A DNA stretch of 63,964 bases, the filler included, from Corallochytrium limacisporum Hawaii (Eukaryota > Protista > Pluriformea), in the NCBI GenBank assembly GCA_002811645.1. It is 7 parts of 7 records of this genome, joined end to end, with 100 filler letters (N's around TTAATTAATTAA, not from the genome) between each part and the next. Parts side by side here need not be neighbours in the genome. Positions count along the whole stretch, not along the records: positions 19,730 to 37,827 come from PDIP01000030.1; 6 more parts are not named here. One strand, given 5' to 3'. This document shows, in pieces, positions 21,712 to 33,600 of the stretch (position 1 is the stretch's first letter; each line of letters starts with the position of its first letter). The notes below the pieces were generated by a model that saw only the letters and a program-made list of their open reading frames with translations, made no database searches and was not told the DNA's origin. The translations under genes and the position numbers were made by a program.

Positions 21712-22356
21712 TCTGATTCCGTTTCAGTATTTGAACGAGCAATTCTCACAGCTGAGGACCAGAAAACTAAGTGGCCGCTGCCTAGGATAAATAGCATTGC
21801 GAGTGGAACATGAGCCCTGTGTCAAACTACAGCGTGGTGGAAGCACAGTAATGAAAGCCGGCAGGCTGCTGCAACAGAATCGAACTCCTTGTGATTGGAA
21901 TTGAAAAAGTTAATGGAAACTCAGAATTTCATTGCCAAACCTTGGACCCTGGCGCGAAAGCAACGGGGGCCGGACGGCAGAGACTGGATTCACCTACGGG
22001 CCCCCATTCTCTGGGAGGGGGGGAGGCCCCGGAGGAGTCGCCTACAGGCTTGCGCGCGAAGAATTTGACGACGGCTGGAGGTTTTGGGAACGAGGGAGGG
22101 AAGGAGGGGAGACCCGCGCTTTTTTGTTCGAAAGAGCCTTTGCCTGAGCTCACAGAGCAATCAAATCCGTTAGCATTGTGGTATCGATCAGGTTTTTCAA
22201 AGTAAAGTTATTACGAATAACATGGATGTGTGGAGATCTCTCGTCAAACAATGACTGTTTACGAACTCGATATTTGCCTTAGGGAGCTGAGTAACAGGTC
22301 AAGACCACAGATGTTCAGGTGAAAGATCGGCACTGGGAGCGAAATTAGCCCGAGGT

Positions 22357-25300
22357 ATGACAAACATGCCGGGCGTAGCACAGGTCATAAATCATGACGA
22401 CAGTATTGAGGACTTCCTCGAGGAAGCCTTGTCACAAAAGAAACCTAAATCTAGCCCGATTCTGAACTTTAGCTCAGATGAGGAAGAGGGCGAAGTAGAC
22501 TTTACTTCTTTAGAAAGGCGGGTAGAAAAAGCCGAAAAGTCAAGGTCGAAGGTAACAAAGAGTGGACAGAAAGGAATTCTGGCGTTCATGAAGCCACAGA
22601 AAAGTCCAGCTACTCCTCAGAACCAGTCGATCTCGCCCGTTAGTGTGCAATCGATTGCGAAGTCTCCTCCACTTCAGCAGAGACGGAGCCCAAGGCTACG
22701 CGGGATCCCGAACCAACCAGAGAAGGCTACCAAGCAAGTCAAACGGATGCGCAGTGGTACAACCGAGAAGAAGCCCAAGACTACGGGAAAACGTAGTAAG
22801 CCTTCTCAGGCTGCTTCACCCAAGGACAAGGTAGAACTCCTCAGATCCAAACCGCACTTTACAGATGACAAGAAAGTTACCGAAGATGTGGAGGAAATAA
22901 CAGACTTTACACAGTCTCAGCAAGAGCCAAAACCAAAGGCACAAAAGAAGCCGTCTACTATCCTTGACGCGTTTTTCAAGGCAAAGCCGACTGCAGCCTC
23001 CACTCCCGAGAGGAAGGTTGAGTCCCAGGCTTGTTCTCCATGTGACCGCACGGCAGAGATTGTTGTCGACAGCAAGTCCGATACGACAACTGTGGATGAT
23101 GACCTCAACGAGACCCATTCCGAAGATGCTGATGGCAGCAGAAGATCGTCTGTGCCTGCAACTTCTCCAACCCGCATGACGTACCGTGACAAGGACGGTG
23201 TGATTTGCGTGGTCCATAAAAAGAGAGCTCCCCCGAGGTCCCGACATGGGCCCATGCCCCCGTCTGCACCGGCCTCTGGATCCAAGAAATCAAAGGGTGT
23301 CACAGGCCTCACCCGAGATGAGTACTATGCGATGAAACGAGCAGATGCAGATGCACGTCACGCCGCCATCAGGGCGGAGAAACTGAAGGCAGCAGAGGCA
23401 CGTGACGCTGATCTACGGCGCCGGAGAGAGGAAAAGGAGCGCGTCAAACGCGAAGAAAGTGAGCGAAAGCGTGCTGAGCTTCAGCGCCAGAAGGAAGAAC
23501 GGGAGCGTGCGAAAGCAGAAGAAGCTGACCGTAAACGTAAGTTGCGTGAAGAGGAAGCTGCAAAGCGTCAGGCTGCGAAGGAGGCACTTGAAGCTGAGAA
23601 AGAACGCAAGCGCCTTGCTCGCGAGGCAGAAAGGCAGGAGCGGCTGGCTCAGAAGGAAGCTGAACGTCTGGAAAAGGAGAAGGTACGTCTTCAGAAAGAA
23701 GCGGAACGCGCCGAAAAGCTTCGTCTTGAAGAAGAAGCAGCTGCAAAAAGAAAGGCCGAAAAGGAGGCTGAAGAACATCGCCGAAACAAGAAGCTGGAGA
23801 AACAGAAGAATATTATGTTCAGTTTCATGAAGAAGGCTGAAGAGAAGCCCGATTCGCAATTGGCGCAACTGTCCAAGTTTCAGGAAGTCCGCGTACCTTC
23901 GCAGTATTCTCGCGGGATCTGCCCAATCGCTGATGAAGATAAGGCACTGAGCGACTCGGGGATCATTGTGCAGAGCAACAAGCGATTCCTTGTGGGTCCC
24001 TTTGTCCTCAATCCCGGACAGGTGGCTGCTCCAATCAATGCGTTGACTGAACTCCCGTCGACAGAGAGTTTGGATAAGAACATCTTCAACGGACGTGTGC
24101 CTGACTCCGCGAGTACCGATTTTGGAAGCTACTTTGACTCAATTGCACTGAAACGTTCAGGCAGTGGTGTAAAGACCAAGAATATTGTCAAAGGCACACT
24201 GCCAAGGACTCAGGATGGTGACTATGTCCAGGTCTTATCGTTTGAGCCTTCCTACCGTCCAGCTCTTTTTGGACGCCTGCTGACAACGACAAAGCACAAG
24301 CCATCTGGCCGCAAACCTTTCGTATTCCTTTCTGATGTTGACTACGACATTGATAGTGACGAAGAGTGGGAAGAGGAAGAAGAAGAAGGCGAGAGCCTTA
24401 AGGAAGATGACGAAGATGAGGAGGACGATGAGGACATGGAAGAAACGGATTCTTTTGTCGTGCCCCACGGATATTTGAGCGACGACGAAGGTGTCGATGC
24501 CGAAGAAAAGCGAATTGAGAGCAACAATGGCGAAGGCGAAGCACCCACTGTAGTCAAGGGCAAACAGAAGGCCGCCATTATCGATCCCTTGCAGACTCTC
24601 ACGCACCCCGAAGCACAGAAGAAACTCTTTAGCGATGCCCACAAAGCAGTGATGTTCGGAGATGACACTCGCCTCAATCACTTCAGTGCGCACTTCTACG
24701 AAGAGGTTGCGACCGTTCCCATATACGATGCCGTGTATGACGCGAACGGAGAGATCCCAGCTCTTCTTGCGCAGAAGAGACGGGGCGGCATGAAGACCAA
24801 AGATGTGTCTGACGAGACTGACGATGCTTCCAATAGCCGCTTGTTCCAGGTCACCGATGACCACTTGCGTGGTCTTTGCTGTCTATTGTGGAAGGAAGGC
24901 AAGGAAGGTAACCTCACCACCATGAAGGCAATCAGAGAGACGGCGAATAGTATGTGGGGCTGGCCAGAGAATGGGAAGCGGATGATCACACAAGAACTTC
25001 TCAACGAACTGGCCACTCGTGACACCCTGACGCGCTATGATGGCAAGAAACATCACTACTGGGTCCTGAAGGAAACCTCCGTCAAGAAGTACAATTTGCC
25101 CAAGGACATGGCTGGTACACCAAGCTACCTCGATGAAATTGTTGAGAACGACAAAAAGGCGGAGGCAAAGGCGAGAGAAGCCATGCTTGAGAACATGCGT
25201 CTTGCGGCACTGAAGGCTAATGAAGAGAAGCGACGGCAACAGGAAGAGCAAAGGAAACTGGAGGAGGAGATGAGGGCCAGGGAAGGTGACAAAGAAAACA

Positions 25301-25485
25301 GGGGAAGAAGGACTTCCAAGAGGCGTACCCGGTCTTCAAAGAGACAGGCAGCTGCGTCCAGCGCCGCGGATTCGGCGACCAAGAGGAGGAAAGTGCCACC
25401 CCGTACAAAGCTGGCCCTACAGTCCCAGGTCAAGAAAGTACGCGACACAAGCGACAGTCTGCGTCGCTTTGGATTCAATATGTAA
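22357..25485 (+). CDS. CHAF1A: Chromatin assembly factor 1 large subunit (p150/Cac1/FAS1), 1042 aa
   Basis: Long KER helix, PIP-like QKNIMFSFMKK, YRPALFG, DYDIDSDEEWEEEEEEGESL acidic domain, FVVPHGYLSDDEG. Confidence 0.9.
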   Translation: MTNMPGVAQVINHDDSIEDFLEEALSQKKPKSSPILNFSSDEEEGEVDFTSLERRVEKAEKSRSKVTKSGQKGILAFMKPQKSPATPQNQSISPVSVQSIAKSPPLQQRRSPRLRGIPNQPEKATKQVKRMRSGTTEKKPKTTGKRSKPSQAASPKDKVELLRSKPHFTDDKKVTEDVEEITDFTQSQQEPKPKAQKKPSTILDAFFKAKPTAASTPERKVESQACSPCDRTAEIVVDSKSDTTTVDDDLNETHSEDADGSRRSSVPATSPTRMTYRDKDGVICVVHKKRAPPRSRHGPMPPSAPASGSKKSKGVTGLTRDEYYAMKRADADARHAAIRAEKLKAAEARDADLRRRREEKERVKREESERKRAELQRQKEERERAKAEEADRKRKLREEEAAKRQAAKEALEAEKERKRLAREAERQERLAQKEAERLEKEKVRLQKEAERAEKLRLEEEAAAKRKAEKEAEEHRRNKKLEKQKNIMFSFMKKAEEKPDSQLAQLSKFQEVRVPSQYSRGICPIADEDKALSDSGIIVQSNKRFLVGPFVLNPGQVAAPINALTELPSTESLDKNIFNGRVPDSASTDFGSYFDSIALKRSGSGVKTKNIVKGTLPRTQDGDYVQVLSFEPSYRPALFGRLLTTTKHKPSGRKPFVFLSDVDYDIDSDEEWEEEEEEGESLKEDDEDEEDDEDMEETDSFVVPHGYLSDDEGVDAEEKRIESNNGEGEAPTVVKGKQKAAIIDPLQTLTHPEAQKKLFSDAHKAVMFGDDTRLNHFSAHFYEEVATVPIYDAVYDANGEIPALLAQKRRGGMKTKDVSDETDDASNSRLFQVTDDHLRGLCCLLWKEGKEGNLTTMKAIRETANSMWGWPENGKRMITQELLNELATRDTLTRYDGKKHHYWVLKETSVKKYNLPKDMAGTPSYLDEIVENDKKAEAKAREAMLENMRLAALKANEEKRRQQEEQRKLEEEMRAREGDKENRGRRTSKRRTRSSKRQAAASSAADSATKRRKVPPRTKLALQSQVKKVRDTSDSLRRFGFNM

Positions 25486-26039
25486 CTGAAAGCACCGCAC
25501 CCAAAATAAAAGCATCAGCTTATATATCGTAAACGGCCAGTGTGGCAACCGTCCCCTGTACGGGAGGGTATGGAAAAATAATGAGAGGGTCAGTCAGTCG
25601 GGTCCCCTCCCGGCCCCTTGCTTCGCTTCCCCGCCCCTCTCTATGTGACCCGCGTGGAAAATTGAGAGGTCGATGTGTAGGGGGCGTTCTTCAGGCGAGG
25701 TGAAAGGGTGGAGAGGTGGTGATTACCGCCATCTTGGCGTGCATTTGCGTGTATAGCTTGGCCATCCGTTGCCCTCCAAGAAGACACCATTCTGGGCTAT
25801 TTCAAGGATCTGCATTGAATCTCTTGGAATTTTACTATGTTTCCCACTATAAGAAACGTCCGGCGTCTAGGACACTATAGTTATGGCTGTATTGGGGAGA
25901 AATATGTGAATCTGCCTATATTGCGATTGACCACTTATCTTGACTTTCCACAGCGGCATACACACCTCCCTCTGTGACTCTGTCGCTCTATCTCTTCTTT
26001 CTCTCTGTGTGTATGTAGGACATAAAACCAAAACAAAAC

Positions 26040-26828
26040 ATGTCCGAGACAACATTTAAAAACGCACAAAAGGCGCACAGGCGCACGCACAAAGAGCGTG
26101 GGCAGCTCAGTCAACGCGCGTCCCTTGGAATATTGGAAAAGAAGAAAGACTACAAGCTTCGGGCAGCAGACTATCACAAGAAAGAACTCCGGCTGAAACG
26201 CATGCGGGAACGGGCGCTGTTGAGGAATCCAGACGAGTTTTTTCATGGCATGATTGGTAAGAAAACGAAGAATGGAAAGCATGTACTGGAAGGTACCGAA
26301 AACTACAGCGCAGATCTGTTGAAACTGTTCAACACACAAGACAAACGGTACATTGGAATGAAAATGAAAACAGAAAAGGAGAAGGTTGAGAGACTGCAGG
26401 CCTCACTGGCGTTCCTACCAACGGCAGACGCAGTTGATAGTGATGACGACGATGATGACAATGAATCAGCCACCAGGGGGAAGCATACAGTCTTTGTGAA
26501 GAGCAAGAAGGCTGCAAAGAAATTTGACCCAGCAGAATACTTTGATACTGACAAGGCATTGCTTGGTCGCACGTTCAACAGACCACGCAAAGAGCAGCTC
26601 AAAGACGCGGATTTTCAGAACGCGGCAAATGTAAAACTCAGCAAGGGTGCAGACGCCGGCTTCCGGGAGATCCTCAGCCGCAGAGAGCGCTTGGACAAGT
26701 TGGACAAGGTGTTCCAAGGTCTGGCGACACAGGGACACTTGCAGGGCAAGGGCCAGAGGCGCAAAGTTTCTGACGGTGGACCGGATAAGCCGGCCACGTA
26801 CAAGTGGAAGAAAGAACGTAAGCGCTGA
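26040..26828 (+). CDS. UTP11: U3 snoRNA-associated protein 11
   Basis: RTHKERGQ..R..LGILEKKKDYKLRAADYHKK, RNPDEFFHGM, FDPAEYFDT, C-terminal YKWKKERKR. Confidence 0.96.
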   Translation: MSETTFKNAQKAHRRTHKERGQLSQRASLGILEKKKDYKLRAADYHKKELRLKRMRERALLRNPDEFFHGMIGKKTKNGKHVLEGTENYSADLLKLFNTQDKRYIGMKMKTEKEKVERLQASLAFLPTADAVDSDDDDDDNESATRGKHTVFVKSKKAAKKFDPAEYFDTDKALLGRTFNRPRKEQLKDADFQNAANVKLSKGADAGFREILSRRERLDKLDKVFQGLATQGHLQGKGQRRKVSDGGPDKPATYKWKKERKR

Positions 26829-26912
26829 GCAATTCAACAGGAATCACCACACAATACACAATTAAAGAATCACAAATTTTATCTCGACTGTACAAACCGA
26901 ACGGCTTTGGAG

Positions 26913-28442
26913 TTAAATATGTACACCATGCTCCGCCAACTTCCGCTTGAGCGTATCGAATGTGGTAAAACTGACACTGACGGCGATGGGTCCCTTAACC
27001 CAGTTCAGGCTGAGGCCCTTGTACAGACCCTTGCGCAAACCCTCGGTGCGCACAATGTGCATTGCCAGGCGAAACATAGACATGTGCTCCCGTTGAAGAT
27101 AGGAAGCCACTTGCATCCTGCGGCGCACTACATCCAAGGGATATGTCGCAGACTGGCCCACCAGACCTGCTATTGCACCACAGACCAAGCGTTCGTGCGT
27201 GCATATACCTCCGGCGGGGTCGTGGTGTTCCTCGACAACCTGTTCGTCTTCACTGCCATCTCTTTCGGAGACGCTAGCCAGCTGGTCTTTGTTTTCCCAG
27301 GTCCGTGTCGCTGGATGAGCCTCATCGTCAGCGCTCTTTGTGACGATATGCAGTGCAGCCGCCATACCATACCGACGGCTGGTGATGATGAAATGTTTCA
27401 ATGTCTCAAAAGTGAAGAAACTGATACCTGCGTACGGTGCAATACCTATCAATGTGGCTCCTAGTCCGCCGTAGAGATTTCTCCATCCTTCTCCCGTGAC
27501 AATCTGCCGCCCAGCATCCCAAAGACCGCCGTACATGATCACACTAGAACGATGTTGTATGGCCAGACGTGCGCGTATCAGATCCAGTGGATAGGTCATT
27601 GCTGTGGCAGTCGTGCCTGCCATAGCACCTGCAACGAAACGCCGAAGCGGAGGCAAGAAGTCTTCATTATCCCGTAACAAAAACTGCTTGTACTTCTCAT
27701 GACTCACAAACTGCAGTGCGGCGTAGGGCATGATGCGAACCATGTTTGCTCCGTTACCCTTGTACAAGGCCCTGAAGCCCTCGTTGACATACGTATCCCG
27801 CACGGTCCGAAATACACCCAGCGGGCTGAATGGTTTGTCGCCTACCTGGAAGATAATCTTGACCCGTTCCAGCGGTGCAATCGTGGTTTTCGCTACCGCT
27901 CCGGCAGCGGCTCCAGCTCCCAATCCCAGGAGTGTTTGTACGAATGGGCTCAGGTTGCTCTCAATCTCATCCTCTTCCGGAACGTCATCATATGCGTGAT
28001 GACGACGGTGATGATTCAGGTCCAGTAATCGGTCCTGCGACGCCTCTTCTTCTCCATCTTCCGTTGGATGAACACCCGTCTCAAGGGTTTCTTTAAGTGT
28101 GTCCGCCTTCTCACGGAACCTCTTCTGCATGTGGTAGTAGAATGACGATCCCACCATGACTGTTTGCGGGATGGCACTTGACTCGCTGTCATCTTCGGTA
28201 TCATCGTCTTCTTCCGGGTACCGATGGTGATGTTGATGGACCCTTCTACTACTCTTGCTACTACTACTACTACTATTTCTGGATGGTTGATCAATTACCT
28301 CGGCTGCTGAAAAGGCAGCAATTTGGTTTGTACAGCCCTTTTGCTGTCGTTGGCCTGGAATTTCCACAAGAATTTTGACTCGGGGATCCCACGTCGAGGG
28401 AGATTCCCCGTCACCGGCGGTGCCACTGTTGTGGCCACGCAT
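26913..28442 (-). CDS. SLC25A42: Mitochondrial coenzyme A carrier (SLC25A42-like) with long acidic/His-rich N-terminal extension
   Basis: Three carrier signatures PLERVK, PLDLIRAR, PLDVVRRR; C-terminal YKGLSLNWVKGPIAVSVSFTTFD. First ATG 28442 (track start is GTG). Confidence 0.88.
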   Translation of the reverse strand: MRGHNSGTAGDGESPSTWDPRVKILVEIPGQRQQKGCTNQIAAFSAAEVIDQPSRNSSSSSSKSSRRVHQHHHRYPEEDDDTEDDSESSAIPQTVMVGSSFYYHMQKRFREKADTLKETLETGVHPTEDGEEEASQDRLLDLNHHRRHHAYDDVPEEDEIESNLSPFVQTLLGLGAGAAAGAVAKTTIAPLERVKIIFQVGDKPFSPLGVFRTVRDTYVNEGFRALYKGNGANMVRIMPYAALQFVSHEKYKQFLLRDNEDFLPPLRRFVAGAMAGTTATAMTYPLDLIRARLAIQHRSSVIMYGGLWDAGRQIVTGEGWRNLYGGLGATLIGIAPYAGISFFTFETLKHFIITSRRYGMAAALHIVTKSADDEAHPATRTWENKDQLASVSERDGSEDEQVVEEHHDPAGGICTHERLVCGAIAGLVGQSATYPLDVVRRRMQVASYLQREHMSMFRLAMHIVRTEGLRKGLYKGLSLNWVKGPIAVSVSFTTFDTLKRKLAEHGVHI

Positions 28443-29114
28443 GTTTCTAAGAAAGTGAAATGACGTACTCACACGTCTTACATGACTAGACTACTACGTC
28501 CCAAATGTGGTCACATGACTTTCAGCCGATGCACGCAAATTTTCGAAAGCGTTCAAAGACAATGTCGCAAAATGTCAATGGTCCATAACAGATCATATAC
28601 ACGAATCCTCTCCGCAAACCCGGTCTCACCAGTTTGGGTCCTTCGTACCCAGTGGGTTCGTTTGTACGCAATGTCAACGATCCTTCCAAGTACACCCGTA
28701 AATCACAGGCTCATAGCTTGTCTTCCAAGGTGAATACGACTCAAGACTCAGTGCGTCTACCGCAGCCGCTTCTCACTGTCTCCCAAGTACCAACCCGCAG
28801 CAGGCTTCTCATCATCCTTCCCCATTCCAACGGAATCGTCTCTACCACCAACCACAGGCAACCCCCCCCTCCCCCCCTCCCTGCCTTCTCTTGACTGCCC
28901 CCCCCCCTCTCCCCTTCCTCTCTTCCCTCTCCCCCAATTTGCCCAGCCGCCACTGCCAGCGGTCCTTCACCCGTGAGGCGCTGTGTGTGCCTGCTTTTGG
29001 GACACACCGAAACGCGGGGCGCCGCGCTGCCCGCGCCCCACTCACACCCCCCCCCCTGGGCCCGAGGCAGAGGCGGACAGGGACTGCACAGACCCAGAGA
29101 GAGACGGGTGTCCT

Positions 29115-29137
29115 CCTCCCAGCCGTAAAAACTTCTC

Positions 29138-29173
<36 letters not shown>

Positions 29174-29197
29174 CCCTCCCAGCCGTAAAAACTTCTC

Positions 29198-29260
<63 letters not shown>
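29115..29260. repeat. 60-bp tandem duplication embedded in (CT)n microsatellite
   Basis: CCTCCCAGCCGTAAAAACTT(CT)n occurs at 29115 and 29175. Confidence 0.85.
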
Positions 29261-29983
29261 TTGTTTTCCACAGTGTGCCCATGCACCTCCCTCTGTCTCT
29301 CTCTCTCTCTCTCTGTGTCGGTCGCGAGTGTCTCTCTACCTTCCCCAGCGAGAGAGCCTCAGGCCCCGGAAGTATCAGTCCGTACACCACCAAAAATACA
29401 GGCGTAGAAACAGAACTCTTGCCCCCGTTTTGGTTTTTTTTTTGGTGTTTTTTTTCTTGGTCGCTTCTCTCGCTACGCTCGCTCTCTCCACCGTTATTTT
29501 TTGTAGGCGTTTTCGGAAGAGGGGTGGCCAGGCTTACTTTTGGGCAGGTTCCTTCGTTTCTCTTTTTTTTTTTCTTTTCTTTTTGGGTGTGTAACTTTTA
29601 CTTTTTCCGTGGCATTGTCCAAAAATAGCGCACCGCACCACCACCATTTTCTTCCTCTCTTTTTTTTTCCCTTAACCCCTCCCCCCCTTCCAAACCACGC
29701 CAAAAAGCCTTTATTTTCTCACTCGTTTTTTAATATACCTTTTTCTTTCTTTCTTTCTTTCTTTCTTTTTTTTAAGTAAAGGAAACAAAAACAAAAATTG
29801 CCATTTTTTTCGGCCCTGGTCAGGTGCCTTGTGTTCTCCATTCGGCGAAGGAACTGTTCCCCCCCTCCCTCCCGGGCGGGGGCTGGGGGGGAAGGTGCAG
29901 TGCGTAAGCACACTACCCACCGCTCAGAGTTCTTGGAACCGTGTATTTAGTATGGTATCTCTGGGGCTGGTCGTTAGGACCTT

Positions 29984-29987
<4 letters not shown>

Positions 29988-30022
<35 letters not shown>
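29988..30022. repeat. (GT)n microsatellite
   Basis: About 17 GT units. Confidence 0.95.
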
Positions 30023-30025
<3 letters not shown>

Positions 30026-30365
30026 TGTGGAGTTCTTTCAACTCTCACGCACAAAGACAAGGGGCACACACGAAAAGCTCGTTTGGGCTGCTGCTGCTAC
30101 CGCACACGGGCCCCTTCTCCCCTCCGTCCCGGTGCCCAGAGTCTGTGCGTGTGTCCAGGGCCGTGTGCGTCTGTGTGCGTTGCATGTGTCTTTCTTACGG
30201 TGGTGGTGGTAAAATCCTTTATGCTTCGCCGGGGACCAAAGGAAGCGATTGCGCATGATCACGAGCTTTTCGGCCTTGTTTATTTTCGGCAAGAAGGGGC
30301 CGGCCGGACGGCTGACGGTGGGGTGATGAGGGGGGGGCCCCCCGGGTACGTGTCAGTGGACAACG

Positions 30366-30391
30366 TCAGCAGCAGCAGCAGCAGCAGCAGC
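30366..30391. repeat. (CAG)8 trinucleotide repeat, intergenic
   Basis: Read directly. Confidence 0.9.
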
Positions 30392-30691
30392 AAGCGGCCC
30401 CCGGCCGGGGCGAGGAGGCCGGCGAGGAGGCCGGGAGGAATGCGAGGTAAGGAAAAAGCCAGAAGAAAAGGAAAAGCGGGAAAAATTTCTCCCCGCCTGG
30501 CGCGGCGCCACGGTGTGAGAGGGCGCTGGAGGGTGGGAGACGCTCGGTCGCGGCTCTCCGGGTTGGCCCCGGGTCGAAGTGGGGTACGGGAGGTGGGTTT
30601 GAAGTGTACATGAGTCCAGCCGGGTCCAGGGATCATGCTTTGTACAATGCGTATTCATGTATATTTGTCAGTGGCTACTGTTTCTTTTCCC

Positions 30692-33600
30692 CTAAAGTTT
30701 CCTACGCAAGAAATTCACCATACACAGATTGTACTGGATGTGGTCTCGGAGACGGGTCCATTTGGCACTGTGCGCCTCAGCAATGTCGCGGAGGATGGGT
30801 GCACACTTTGGCTCCTCGATGATGATGTCTGCATGATGCTTTAGTGTGACAGCCAGATACGTTTCAATCAATTCAAAGTCTGAGTTAAGGTTATCTAACA
30901 TCATACCCAAGCATTTGAGCATGTTCGAGATTGCATCGCTACCATCTGGTCCGCTGGGGAGCATGCGGAGCTCTAGGTCGAGTTCAGCGTTGCTCATGCC
31001 TTTCATTCGCTCCAGAAGGATGACTGCTGCTTCCTTGGTGCTTTCCTCTGCGGCCTCGCGGACAAAATCACTAAAGGCAGATGCAACACCACCACGCGCT
31101 CTCTTCCGCACCCTGGATCCAGCGCTTGGTGCATTGCCATTGCCCATCAGCTCCTTCGCTGCACTGCCCATGTCCTGCGTAGGATCCAACCTCGTGTTCA
31201 GGTCCTGCGTGGTTGGCAGAAAGAAAGGAGCTGATGCGTTCACCTTAATGTCCTTGGCACCTTCATTGCGCGCTTTCAAATCGTCAATGTGCAGCAAGGC
31301 CTGCCAAATATTCGCTGCCCTCCCACTGAGGGACACGACTCCCATGTCGCCAGCCTCCTCTGCCTGCTTGGCCTTGAGCTCCTCATATTCTCCCTCGTCC
31401 ATCTCCTCATCCATATCCTCCCAGTCTTCGTCGTCTCTCTCTGTTCCACTGTCCATAGCCAGTTCATCATCAAGGGCCATGATGTGGACCATTGGGGGAT
31501 TTGTGCGCTGCTGTGTGGTCAAGGGCTTTAGGACCACACTGTCGTACATGGTACGATTGGTCCACATGCAGACACCATTGAAGTCTGCATGGCTGGTAAG
31601 CATCTGTGACAAGGATGGTGAGACACTGAGAGATGTGATCGGGCTAGAAGTCCGGAATAGGTCCACCAGAGTTGCAGTGCTCAACTCGAACACGAACGTA
31701 AGTCCGGTAATGGTTGAAGCCATGAGCCATGAGCTATCGGGAGTGATCTTAAGACATGTAACACGCTGGCCAATGTCGAAGCGCCGGACAATGTTCTGAC
31801 GTTCAAGATCGTAAACAATAACCTCATTGGTGCGCTCAATGACCACAGCCAGGATGAGTGACTCACGGTGCAGGTCTCCGCTCGAAATCGGACTATTGTG
31901 TGCCGTCAATTCCGACCGCTTGCTCTTCTCACTGCGGCCAACGACCACATCCCAGACTAAGGTCTGATCATAGAACTTCCATGCGCGTATGTGGCCGTCG
32001 AATCCCCAAGAAAACACGAGACTGTTGGTAAGATCTGTTGCGATGCCTTTCACAGGTCCCTTGTGACAGAGGCGGTGTGAAGAATCCGTATCAGTTGTGC
32101 TCTCCACTGCAATGGTACCCGACTTGGCATCGTAGATACCAACCAGACGCCCGCGGTGCAGACCGGACTGCATGTTGTAGCAGTCAATGGCACCCGACTG
32201 ACGTCCAATGAAGGCAAAGTTACCACAGTGACTGATCGTGCAGCACACAGCCGTATCCTGCTTTGGAATCGCCTTTGAAGTGGCAGGTGGCAAAAGAACA
32301 TGCTTGCCCAGGCGCTTCGATTTAACTGACCAGGTCCGAGCTCCCGCTTCACGCAAATGACAAGTGACCATGGTGTCCCACTCACGTTCCCTCAGGTTGT
32401 GGGCCGCCATTGCAGTCACAGAGGGCAACAAAATATCCTCTGGGTCAATGCCCTTCTTCTTGGAGCGGCTTTCAACCTTGCCCTGACTCAACTCTACCGA
32501 TTGCTCGTCACGAATACATGAAAATAGGCGCACAGAGCGATCCAAACCAGCTGCCAGGAAATTGTGCCCCAAGCTATCATAGTGAAGAAGATGACTAGGT
32601 GGCTGAGACGGGCCTTTGCGTTGTCTTAACAGTCTTGCTTCTCCAGCAGGGCCATCCATAATCCACATCTTAACACTGTTGTCACTACCGCAGCTGATCA
32701 TTACCGGTTGCTTTGGTAAAAATCGTAGGAGAGTAACCGGCCCTTGGCGGTGGGCATCTGTCTTCAGCGAGAGTAAACGCGGGCGCGAGACCTTTGTGCC
32801 AGACAGGGTCAATTGGTCAATGCCAGTGTCCTCCTCATCTTCGTCGTCTTCCTTCTGACGATTGGCATCCTCCACTTCACCAAGATGCCACACTGCGATA
32901 GATCCCTCCGATGTTCCCACTGCCATGACTGGGGGTCCGTCTGTCCGAAAAGCTATTGCGCTGGGCTCTAGTCTACCATTGGTTAGCGCACTATCGTCAC
33001 TGCCCACCAGGGCACTGTCGATGCTCAGGACGGTCTGATCGTATCGCACGTTGTAAAATACCACCCGTCCGTCTGCTAATCCCACAGCGACGACATCCAA
33101 AGCTGGCGTAGCCTCAATGACACCGATGGAGCACCCAAATGTGGGAAAGTCATACACAACTTTGCCTGATCGGAAGTTAAAGAGTTTCATTCCACCTTGG
33201 CGGCTTCCTAAGAGAACCTTGTTAATGTACGTCGGGGGATGGCAAACTCCCACAATGCTGAAATTTGCCGACGCAAACGGGAAGCGTGCAAACTCAGCGC
33301 GCTCCTTCAAGTTCCAAATGATCATTTCGTTGTCATCGTTAATGCCCATGAGTACCGATTTGCCAATTGCATAGAGCTTGTTGATTCTACCCCCAGATCC
33401 CACCCCTGCGTTCTCCTTCAGGAAAGTGAGACCATTCAGTTTCTTTGAAAACCCGCGGCGGGAGACTGACCCTTCTTCTTCTTCTTCTCCTTCCTCGTCT
33501 TCTTCCAGCTCGCTGCCCTCTGAGTCGTTGTCACTGTCGTGACCACTGGATCCTGTTAGTGAGTAAAGCTTTCGGCCTCGTGAGTAGATATCGACCTCGG

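Noticed and set aside
28741-30660. ORFs of 100-245 aa with ERER, LSLS, CVCV runs
   Set aside because: Translations of microsatellites in intergenic DNA.
30846-31799. Long antisense ORFs (317 aa here; 260 aa at 34931-35713; 209 aa at 24235-24864)
   Set aside because: Shadows of real genes on the opposite strand.
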